The notes beneath the pieces are model-generated. The model was not told the origin of the DNA and ran no database searches. It worked only from the letters and a program-made list of their open reading frames with translations. DNA of 64,000 bases from NCBI GenBank assembly GCA_965207275.1, contig CBDBMH010000001.1:970444-1034443 (forward strand), read 5' to 3'. Of this stretch, positions 56,094 to 64,000 are shown piece after piece; position 1 is the first letter of the stretch; every line of letters starts with the position of its first letter. The position numbers were made by a program, and so were the translations under genes. Source of the stretch: Dehalococcoidia bacterium. GTDB taxonomy: Bacteria > Chloroflexota > Dehalococcoidia > Lucifugimonadales > UBA3495.

Positions 56094-56810
56094 ATGCCCG
56101 CAAGACTACCTCCGGCCATCATCTTCGATATGGACGACACCATCCTTTCTAATGACGAAACCGCCGGCAAGTGATGGCGCCAAGTGTGCCGCGACTTCGG
56201 TCATCGCCTGGATTTCGCCGACTCAGAAAGCCTATCTGCCGGTATCCTGGAGGTAGGCCGTTGGTTCTGGGCAGACCCGGAGCGCAACCGGCGCGGTGGA
56301 GAAGACTTGCTGAAAGCCCGCAGGGATGTACTGGCCATGGCATTTGATCGCTATGCCATCGAGGACGAAACGCTCTTGGACGAAATGGCGGCCGCCTTCC
56401 AGCAACTTAAAACAGCCACTATCGAACTGTTTCCCGGCGCCCTGGATGCCCTGCATTCCCTCCGCGGCCAGGGCATCAAGCTTGGCCTGATTACCAACGG
56501 CAACGCCCTGGGACAACGTACAAAGGTGCATGGGGCCGGCCTGGAACCCATTTTTGAGTCCATTCTAATTGAAGGAGAATTCGGCGTTGGGAAACCCGAC
56601 GCCCGCGTGTTCCGCCATACCCTGGAACAGTTGCAGATCAGAGCTGACCAAGCCTGGATGGTCGGCGATAACCTGGTAAACGACGTGGGCGGCGCGCAGA
56701 GCGTGGGGATTTACGGGGTGTGGGTTGACTGGCGCGGCCAGGGCTTGCCTCCAGATAGTGCAGTTCAACCGGACCGCACCATTCGTTCCATAGTGGAGCT
56801 TGTAAGCTGA
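56094..56810 (+). CDS. HAD-IA family hydrolase, paralog 1, with in-frame TGA at 56172..56174 (candidate selenocysteine; alternatively a nonsense mutation)
   Basis: Motif I IIFDMDDTIL lies before the TGA. The same frame continues WRQVCRDF... into ORF 56184..56810, which carries LITNG, GKPD and VGDNLVNDVGGA. The TGA aligns with Cys in paralogs 2 and 3. Confidence 0.6.
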
Positions 56811-56895
56811 CATCGTGCTTTAAGTAGGCGGTTAGTCAAGAAATCGGAAACCCAGGGTAAAATCCGAACAAACCATACCGGGCACTGAAAGAGAC

Positions 56896-57612
56896 ATGAA
56901 CGAACAACTACCCCCAGTCATCATCTTTGATTTGGACGACACCATTATTGCTGATTCTGAAATGTCCGAGAGGTGCTGGGAGGAGGTCTGTGCCACTTTT
57001 GCGCCCCGCTTAGGCGATGCCCCAGGCGATACTTTGCTTGAGACAATTCGCGAAATTCGTCGGGGAAATTTGGCGAGGAGGGAGCAACTGGAAAGGGGCG
57101 GCAGCGACCTGAGGACCGTGCGCCAGAACGTCCTTTCCTCGGCCTTCGATTTTTTGGGAATCAAGAATACTTCATTGGTACAAGAAATGACCGATTCGTA
57201 CATGGGCTTGAAGTCGGTTATAGTCCAGCCCTATCCTGGCGCCAAAGATACTTTGCGCAGACTGAAGCAGGGCGGGACCAGGCTGGCGATGATAACCAAT
57301 GGGCCGGCGTGTGAGCAGCAGGCCAAGATAAACCGCGCTGACTTAGGACACTTCTTTGAGTCCATCGTCATTGAAGGGGAATTTGGAGCCGGTAAACCCG
57401 ATCACCGCGTGTTCCGCCATACCCTGGAACAGATGCAGATTCGAGCTGACCAGGCCTGGATGGTGGGCGATAACCTGGTAAACGACGTGGGCGGCGCGCA
57501 GGCTGTGGGAATTTACGGCGTGTGGGTTGACTGGCGGGGTAAGGGGCTACCTGACGACAGCGCGGTGACGCCGGACCGCACTATAGGTTCCATAGTGGAA
57601 CTGGTGAGCTGA
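56896..57612 (+). CDS. HAD-IA family hydrolase, paralog 2
   Basis: IIFDLDDTII, MITNG, GKPD, and VGDNLVNDVGGA. Confidence 0.85.
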   Translation: MNEQLPPVIIFDLDDTIIADSEMSERCWEEVCATFAPRLGDAPGDTLLETIREIRRGNLARREQLERGGSDLRTVRQNVLSSAFDFLGIKNTSLVQEMTDSYMGLKSVIVQPYPGAKDTLRRLKQGGTRLAMITNGPACEQQAKINRADLGHFFESIVIEGEFGAGKPDHRVFRHTLEQMQIRADQAWMVGDNLVNDVGGAQAVGIYGVWVDWRGKGLPDDSAVTPDRTIGSIVELVS

Positions 57613-57663
57613 GGCTGCGCCGATTACTTCAAGACATCTCAGAATATTGGAAACAGGACAAGC

Positions 57664-58392
57664 ATGGGCGAGCAGTTACCCCCAGCCATAATATTTGACA
57701 TGGACGACACCATACTTTCCGACGATCGGGCTGCGGAGCGATGCTTTCGCCAGGTGTGCCATGAAATGTTCCACCGGTTTCGGCCGGTCACCCCCGAGGC
57801 ACTTCTAGCCGACATTACGGAAGTGCGCCGCTGGTACTGGGCCGACCCGGAGCGGATACGCCGCGGCAGCCTCAACCTGGCCCTGGCCCGTCGGGAACTG
57901 CTCTCCATGGCCTTTGAGCGGCATGGAATTGACGACGACGATCTGCTGGAAGAGATGTCTGCCGAATACCAGCAGCTCAAGGCGGCGACCATAGAACTTA
58001 TACCCGGCGCCCTGGACACCGTGGAGTCACTGCGAGACAACGGTATCCGGCTGGGACTGATTACCAATGGGGATGCCGAGGGCCAGCGGGCCAAGGTCCG
58101 GAAGGCCGGCCTGGAACCCCTCTTTGATGCCATCCTGGTAGCCGGAGAGTTCGGCGTGGCCAAGCCGGACCCGCGGGTCTTCCGCCACACCCTGGAAAGT
58201 CTCGCGGTGGCATCACACGAGGCCTGGATGGTGGGCGACAATCTTTACGCCGACATCGGTGGAGCCCAGGGCGTGGGCATTTACGGTATCTGGGTGGACT
58301 GGCGGGGCAACGGCCTGCCGGAAAACACGCCGGTCATTCCCAACCGGACCATACAGTCCATAGTTGAGTTGAATCCAGCGAACACGGAGTGA
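57664..58392 (+). CDS. HAD-IA family hydrolase, paralog 3
   Basis: IIFDMDDTIL, LITNG, AKPD, and VGDNLYADIGGA. Confidence 0.85.
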   Translation: MGEQLPPAIIFDMDDTILSDDRAAERCFRQVCHEMFHRFRPVTPEALLADITEVRRWYWADPERIRRGSLNLALARRELLSMAFERHGIDDDDLLEEMSAEYQQLKAATIELIPGALDTVESLRDNGIRLGLITNGDAEGQRAKVRKAGLEPLFDAILVAGEFGVAKPDPRVFRHTLESLAVASHEAWMVGDNLYADIGGAQGVGIYGIWVDWRGNGLPENTPVIPNRTIQSIVELNPANTE

Positions 58393-60353
58393 CCGTCGTG
58401 ACCCAGTCCCACCATTCCCAGCGACGCTACTACCTTTCCGATATCCCGCTGGAAGAAGCCCGGGACAGGTTTAACTCGGCCCTCCTGGACGCCGGCGCCC
58501 TGGAACCGATGCCTGCCGAGCAAGTTCTCCTGGCAAGCGCCAGGGGACGCATGACGGCGGGCCCCATCTGGGCCGTTACGTCCTCACCTCACTACGATGC
58601 CGCCGCCATGGACGGCATAGCAGTCCGCGCGGCCGATACCGCCGGCGCCACCGAAACCTCGCCCATCACCCTGACGGTCGGGTGCGCTGAACCCCAGGCG
58701 GTGTGGGTGGATACGGGCGATCCCATGCCTCAGGGCTTTGACGCGGTTATCATGGTGGAACACCTGCACCTGGTGGGGGACGACCACGTCAGTATCATGG
58801 CGCCCGTAGCCCCATGGCAGCACGTGCGGCCCCTGGGCGAGGATATTGTCGCTACCGAGTTGGTGCTGCCCGAGAACCACCGCCTGACACCAGCGGACCT
58901 GGGGGCCTGCGCCGCCGCCGGGCTCAGCGAAGTTCCGGTGCGCCGTCGTCCGTCGGTGGCCATCATCCCAACGGGCAACGAACTGGTGCCGGTGGGCACT
59001 GAACTGCAGCCCGGTGACATAGTGGAGTTTAACTCCCTGATGCTCTCGGGTTTGCTGGAGGAATGGGGCGCTGATCCGACGGTTTTCGACCCGGCGCCGG
59101 ACGTTTTCGTTTCCATACGCGATGCCGCCAGGGCAGCCTTGGCCGAACACGACCTGGTGATAATCAACGCCGGCTCCTCGGCCGGAGCCGAGGACTACAC
59201 CGCCCTGGTGGTGGAAGAACTGGGAGAATTGCTGGTTCACGGTGTCGCCGTGCGGCCCGGTCACCCGGTGGTGCTGGGCATTGCCGATGGCAAGCCGCTG
59301 GTGGGGCTGCCCGGTTACCCCGTTTCCGCCGTACTCACCGCAGAACTGCTGCTCAGGCCGCTGATTGAGTCGTGGCTGGGGCAGGCGGATTCCGGCCAGC
59401 GTCCCACGGTGAGAGCGAACATCACGCGCAAGGTAATGTCGCCACCCGGTGAGGACGAGTTCTTGCGGGTGAAGCTGGGCCGGGTGGGCGCGAATATGGT
59501 GGCCACTCCGGTGCAGCGGGGCGCCGGAGTCATCATGTCCCTGGTGCGGGCGGACGGCCTGGTGAAGATACCCCGCTTCTCCGAGGGGGTTGACGTTGGG
59601 GCGGAAGTAACAGTGGAGTTGCTGCGGCCCCTGGCCGAGGTGGAGAACACCATCGTGGCCATCGGCAGCCATGACCTGACCCTGGACCTGATGTCCAGCT
59701 TCCTTCGCCGGTCGCCTGGCGGTGTCAACCTGTCGTCATCCCACATAGGCTCTCTGGGCGGCCTTATCGCCCTGCGGCGGGACGAGGCCCACCTGGCCGG
59801 TACCCACCTGCTGGACGAGGACACGGGAGAATACAACCTCTCCTACATCGAGCGGTTCTTGCCCGGGGCGGCGGTTATGCTGGTCAACTTGGTGGGACGG
59901 GTGCAGGGCCTCATGGTGAGGCTAGGCAACCCGAAGCAGATTACCTCCCTGTCGGACCTGCTGCGTTCCGACATTACCTTTGTGAACCGTCAGCGGGGAT
60001 CCGGCACCCGGGTGCTGCTGGACTACAAGCTCCAGGAAATGGGGGCCACGCCGGAGCAGGTGCGGGGGTACGAGCGGGAGGAGTACAGCCACCTGGCCGT
60101 GGCGGCGGCAGTGAACGGCGGCGCCGCCGACGTGGGTCTGGGCATCCTCAGCGCGGCCCGAGCCCTGAACCTGGACTTTGTACCGCTGCTGAACGAACAG
60201 TTCGACCTGGTAATACCCCGAACTTACTACGAGAGCGACCTGCTGCAACCGCTGCTGACCCTGCTGACCAACGAGGAGTTCCGGCGGGCGGTCCATGACC
60301 TGGGCGGCTATGACGTGAGCCGAATGGGGATGGTGCAGGCGAAGTTGGGGTAA
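58389..60353 (+). CDS. moeA: MoeA fused to a C-terminal periplasmic-binding-protein-like (molybdate/tungstate-binding type) domain
   Basis: The N-terminal ~410 aa match MoeA (AAMDGIAVRA, AVIMVE). The C-terminal ~240 aa look like a PBP type-2 fold (VAIGSHD...GSGTR...VAAAVNGGAADVGLG). GTG start overlaps the HAD3 stop. Confidence 0.8.
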   Translation: MTVVTQSHHSQRRYYLSDIPLEEARDRFNSALLDAGALEPMPAEQVLLASARGRMTAGPIWAVTSSPHYDAAAMDGIAVRAADTAGATETSPITLTVGCAEPQAVWVDTGDPMPQGFDAVIMVEHLHLVGDDHVSIMAPVAPWQHVRPLGEDIVATELVLPENHRLTPADLGACAAAGLSEVPVRRRPSVAIIPTGNELVPVGTELQPGDIVEFNSLMLSGLLEEWGADPTVFDPAPDVFVSIRDAARAALAEHDLVIINAGSSAGAEDYTALVVEELGELLVHGVAVRPGHPVVLGIADGKPLVGLPGYPVSAVLTAELLLRPLIESWLGQADSGQRPTVRANITRKVMSPPGEDEFLRVKLGRVGANMVATPVQRGAGVIMSLVRADGLVKIPRFSEGVDVGAEVTVELLRPLAEVENTIVAIGSHDLTLDLMSSFLRRSPGGVNLSSSHIGSLGGLIALRRDEAHLAGTHLLDEDTGEYNLSYIERFLPGAAVMLVNLVGRVQGLMVRLGNPKQITSLSDLLRSDITFVNRQRGSGTRVLLDYKLQEMGATPEQVRGYEREEYSHLAVAAAVNGGAADVGLGILSAARALNLDFVPLLNEQFDLVIPRTYYESDLLQPLLTLLTNEEFRRAVHDLGGYDVSRMGMVQAKLG

Positions 60354-60637
60354 GGACGGTTCTTCCACTGGAGATCCACTGAACAAAAATGCCGGCAAGG
60401 TTTATGACCGGACCCCCCGAGTCCACCACAACCTCATTTCCAGCAGCTGGATTATGGGCCAGATGCGAGTGGACGGATGAGGCACGGTCAGCCACTCTTA
60501 GTCCCACTTCCCGGAAACCGATATCAGCGGCGCCGTGGGGGCATTGAAGCGCTAAGTGGATATTGGCTGAATCTGCTGTGCTACAATCTCTTCAGGACCC
60601 TTGAATTCGGTCCCCTTCTAAATTTCAGGAGGTATCC

Positions 60638-61684
60638 ATGCAGAGCAGCGAAATCCGCTTGACCGAACTGTCGCACTGCGCCGGTTGAGCGGCCAAGATC
60701 AGCCTGGAGGACCTGGTACAGGTCCTGAGCCAATTCCCCCAGCTCTCCCACCCGGACCTGCTGGTGGGCAACGAGACGGGCGATGATGCCGCCGTTTACC
60801 GCATTAACGACGACACCGCCCTGATTATGACGGTGGATTTCTTCCCCCCCATTACCGACGACGCCTTCGAGTTTGGGGCCATCGCCGCCGCCAATGCCCT
60901 GAGCGACGTTTACGCCATGGGCGGCAAGCCCCTGGTGGCGCTCAACATCTGCGGCTTCCCCTCGGCCCTGGACAAGGCCATCCTGGGCGAGATCCTGCGG
61001 GGCGGCTACGCCAAGACGGCCGAGGCCGAATGCCTGATCGTGGGCGGCCACACGGTGGACGACCCGGAACCCAAGTACGGCCTGTCGGTGGTGGGCATAG
61101 TAGAACCGGGCAAGCAGGTCACCAACTCCGGCGCAAAGGTGGGGGATTCCCTGATTCTCAGCAAGCCGCTGGGTACCGGTATTATCACGACCGCGGGAAA
61201 GCAGGAACGGGTTGCCCCGGATGTACTCCAGGGGGCGATAGACAACATGGCCACCCTGAACCGGGGAGCTTCCGAGGCCATGAACAGGGTGGGCGTTCAC
61301 TCATGCACCGACATAACCGGCTTCGGCCTGATGGGCCACCTCAAGTCCATGGTCAGGGGCAGCGGGGTCTGTGCCGAGATTAACCTGGGCAGCGTCCCAA
61401 CCCTGCCGGGGACCTGGGACTTGCTGGAACAGGGGATTGCCCCGGGCGGAACCGGCCGAAACCGGGACAGCGTGGCCGACACGGTGCGCTGGCATCCGGA
61501 CCTGACGGACAACGACCAGTTGCTGCTGTGCGACGCTCAGACCTCGGGCGGCCTGCTGATGGCAGTCTCCCGCGAGAAGGAAGAGCAATTGCTGGCGGAG
61601 TTGACGGCCCACGGCACCCCCTGCGCCACCGTGGTGGGCCGCATCACCGATGGGCCAGCAGGGACGATTGTTGCCAACCCGTAA
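60638..61684 (+). CDS. selD: Selenide, water dikinase SelD with in-frame TGA (Sec) at codon 17
   Basis: AGGAGG lies 5 nt upstream of ATG 60638. MQSSEIRLTELSHCAG-TGA-AAKIS aligns with the E. coli ..YSHGAGCGCKIS active-site loop. The frame continues into ORF 60764..61684 (DDAAVY, DFFPP, GGHT). Confidence 0.85.
60708..60726 (+). promoter_or_regulatory. Candidate SECIS hairpin for selD
   Basis: Perfect 8-bp stem aggacctg/caggtcct with loop GUA, starting 20 nt after the TGA. Confidence 0.5.
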
Positions 61685-61691
61685 GTAACTT

Positions 61692-61724
61692 GGCCCCGTT
61701 GTCCTATTGGACGGGTTCGGGGCC
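61692..61724 (+). terminator. Hairpin after selD
   Basis: ggccccg ... cggggcc stem with an internal helix, followed by ttccttcc. Confidence 0.35.
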
Positions 61725-62024
61725 TTCCTTCCTGGCCAACCTGCCGAAGCGATCCGTCCGGTTTCCCTGCACCCAGTCAAGCCGGAATCAACAAGCATAT
61801 ATGCCATCTTGGGCAAGATTATTCATGCGATGGTCAAGAGGGGCTGAATCCTGTTGGCCGCATGTTGAGAAGGCTCCAGGACATTGCGGCGGTATTGCGG
61901 GTTGGGATACATAATATGACCGCCCTGAGATGTCGGCGTTGGAGCGGCAGGGGCCTGGCCATCATCCTCGGACTGATGCACCCGCGGGCGTCTCGTTTGA
62001 CACTCGAAAGACGGGGGACTTAAT

Positions 62025-62702
62025 ATGAGCGCTGGCGCCCCGGGCATAACCTCAATACTCAGCAGGTGGTTGAATAAATTGGAACCGCAGTTTGGCTTGA
62101 AGCGTCCCGACCAGATTAAGGAAGCCCCCGATCAGGGGGAGCGAGTACCACCCGGCCAGTTTCTGAGCAAGCGCTTTCCCGTACTGACCTATGGGTCGAG
62201 GCCGGAGGTTGACATTAGCCTCTGGACCTTCCGGGTGTTCGGCGTGGTGGATAAGGAAGTTACCCTCAACTGGAAGCAGTTCACTGAATTGGACTGGGTG
62301 GCTTTTGCCGCCGACTTCCACTGCGTTACCCAGTGGAGCGCCCTGGACCAGTCCTGGGAGGGGGTTCGCGCGGCCACAGTGCTGGACTTGGCCGGCGTAA
62401 GGCCCCAGGCAAAATTTGTCATGGCCCATTGCTTCGGCGGGTACACCACCAACCTGCCCCTGGACATGGTGCTGGAAGAGGGATTCCTGGCCCACCGGCA
62501 CAACGGCTCGGAACTGGGGAAGGATCACGGGTGGCCCCTGCGCTTGATCGTCCCCAGCCGCTACGCCTGGAAGAGCGCCAAGTGGGTGAACGGGCTGGAA
62601 TTGATGACTGAGGACTCACCCGGTTTCTGGGAACAGCGGGGTTACAACAACAACGCCGACCCCTGGAAAGAGGAACGGTTCTGGCCGGAACTGACGCGTT
62701 AG
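62025..62702 (+). CDS. Sulfite-oxidase-fold molybdopterin-binding oxidoreductase (small, cytoplasmic type)
   Basis: FHCVTQWS, GYTTNLP, HGWPLRLIVP..YAWKSAKWV, and FWE.RGY. Confidence 0.8.
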   Translation: MSAGAPGITSILSRWLNKLEPQFGLKRPDQIKEAPDQGERVPPGQFLSKRFPVLTYGSRPEVDISLWTFRVFGVVDKEVTLNWKQFTELDWVAFAADFHCVTQWSALDQSWEGVRAATVLDLAGVRPQAKFVMAHCFGGYTTNLPLDMVLEEGFLAHRHNGSELGKDHGWPLRLIVPSRYAWKSAKWVNGLELMTEDSPGFWEQRGYNNNADPWKEERFWPELTR

Positions 62703-62974
62703 GCCGGCGCAGCTACGGGTTACCGATACGATTTGATCGCCCCGGTTGGAAGAACCGGGGCGGTTGCTTTGGCGTGGGCGCAGTTCCAGCCAATTAAATC
62801 GCTGGAAGGAGCTTCGCGTCACGAGGTTTCTCGCAGGCTATGGCCGCCGGGTATTGGCAAACCCATAGCGATACCTTATTTTCAATATGCTCCTATCCGC
62901 CTCCGGGGTGACCCATCCGAACTCAAGCAGGCCTGGACCGGGCATTCCAATACCAAACACGGGAGAAATTTGAC

Positions 62975-63712
62975 ATGGCAAGTTCGGAAGGGAACCAGGC
63001 CCCCAGGCCAGGCGGCCGGGCCAATAACGACACTGTTATTCGCCGCATTGCACGCCATATACAGGGAAGAACCTTTGGCGGGTTAATGGAACTGTTCCCC
63101 CTGCTGGTTACGATCCTGGTAATTGCGGTGATAATCCGCTATGCAGACAGTTTCGTCCTCCCCCTGATCAAATTTCTCCCCTGGGAAGCTCCCCTTATCG
63201 GGGGGCTGACGTTTACCGGCGTGGGCCTGATAGTCCTGGCCATCCTTTTCTACCTCACGGGTCTGGCTATCTCATCCTCCCTTGGCAAGGCATTTTTCAG
63301 GATAACCGGCAAGGTCTTGACCAGGACACCCCTGGTGGGGAGCATATACGGACTGACCCAGACCGTGGCGACCGTCATGTCCTCCCAGTACCGCTTCAGC
63401 CGGGTAGTATTCCTGGAGTGGCCCAGGGAGGGGATGATCGCCATGGGGTTCGTCACGGGCCGGGCTATTTCTCCCTCTACCGGCGAATCCGTGGTGGTCA
63501 TCTATATACCGACGGTGCCTAATCCCACCTCCGGCAATATGGCGATTGTGGTAGAGGATGACGTATTCGAGACAGACCTTTCCGTGGAGGACGCCATGAA
63601 GATGGTATTTTCCGGGGGCATAGTGCTGCCCGACTCCCTGGCCTTCGCCCGCCTGCCCCGGGAAGCTGGCCAGCATGAGTTCGTGGGCCGGTTCGATTCG
63701 GTAGGGAACTAG
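62975..63712 (+). CDS. DUF502 membrane protein
   Basis: Two N-terminal TM segments. The motif PLVGSIYG...FLEWPREGMIAMGFVTG....YIPTVPNPTSGNM...V.....SVEDAMK..FSGG is family-typical. Confidence 0.8.
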   Translation: MASSEGNQAPRPGGRANNDTVIRRIARHIQGRTFGGLMELFPLLVTILVIAVIIRYADSFVLPLIKFLPWEAPLIGGLTFTGVGLIVLAILFYLTGLAISSSLGKAFFRITGKVLTRTPLVGSIYGLTQTVATVMSSQYRFSRVVFLEWPREGMIAMGFVTGRAISPSTGESVVVIYIPTVPNPTSGNMAIVVEDDVFETDLSVEDAMKMVFSGGIVLPDSLAFARLPREAGQHEFVGRFDSVGN

Positions 63713-63844
63713 TAGCCCAACCGGAATGAAATGATGACTGACACTTAGTGCTCGTCATACCGCCGAAAGCCGGCATCCACTTTCGGGACCTTCTGGAATC
63801 ACTAAACTCACAAACGAAGTGCAACACTTGGTTAGAGTGTTGCC

Positions 63845-64000
63845 ATGGGAAATGTATATCAGCACCTCACCATTGAAGAGCGGTGTGAACTGGCCCGTTT
63901 ACGCGGCCAGGGACACTCAATGCGCCAAATCGCGACAATTATGGATCGGTCGACATCGACAATTTCGCGGGAGTTGAACCGCAATGGTTCCCGCAAGGAG
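63845..64000 (+). mobile_element. IS30-family transposase, N-terminal 52 codons (truncated by the window edge)
   Basis: MGNVYQHLTIEERCELARLRGQGHSMRQIATIMDRSTSTISRELNRNG is the typical IS30 HTH N-terminus. The hairpin gcaacact/agtgttgc lies immediately upstream. Confidence 0.75.

Overview
GC-rich bacterial chromosomal segment with about 60 protein genes, no rRNA or tRNA that I could find, and one IS30-type transposase running off the 3' edge. All calls come from reading the sequence and translated ORFs and from family motifs I recognise; no database search was run. Gene content (many luciferase-like/F420-type oxidoreductases, SDRs, amidase, GGT, PrpD-family, MFS and peptide ABC transporters, two Uma2 endonucleases) and a Gram-positive-type LexA box suggest Chloroflexota, but this is unverified inference. 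Housekeeping genes (hemW-like, selB, rsmG, comEA/comEC, rph, argF, der, plsY, moeA x2, selD) are interleaved with catabolic and transport modules and two toxin-antitoxin pairs. Most notable points: (1) Two UGA recoding candidates. selD has an in-frame TGA at the canonical Sec position with an 8-bp hairpin downstream. The first of three tandem HAD-hydrolase paralogs has an in-frame TGA exactly where both sister copies have Cys, making it a candidate new selenoprotein. Both lie in a moeA / HAD x3 / moeA-PBP / selD / Mo-oxidoreductase neighbourhood. (2) A strong promoter overlapped by a perfect GAAC-N4-GTTC LexA-type box drives a small Cys-rich HTH protein. (3) There are at least four dispersed intergenic repeat families. 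These include 10-bp-phased GGCCCAAAA arrays in three divergent intergenic regions (two share a ~50-nt block in inverted orientation about 14 kb apart), MITE-like palindromic elements flanking an SDR gene, and a degraded GxxExxY nuclease gene flanked by 35-bp inverted repeats whose motif recurs elsewhere. Many long ORFs in the track are antisense shadows typical of high-GC DNA and were not called.
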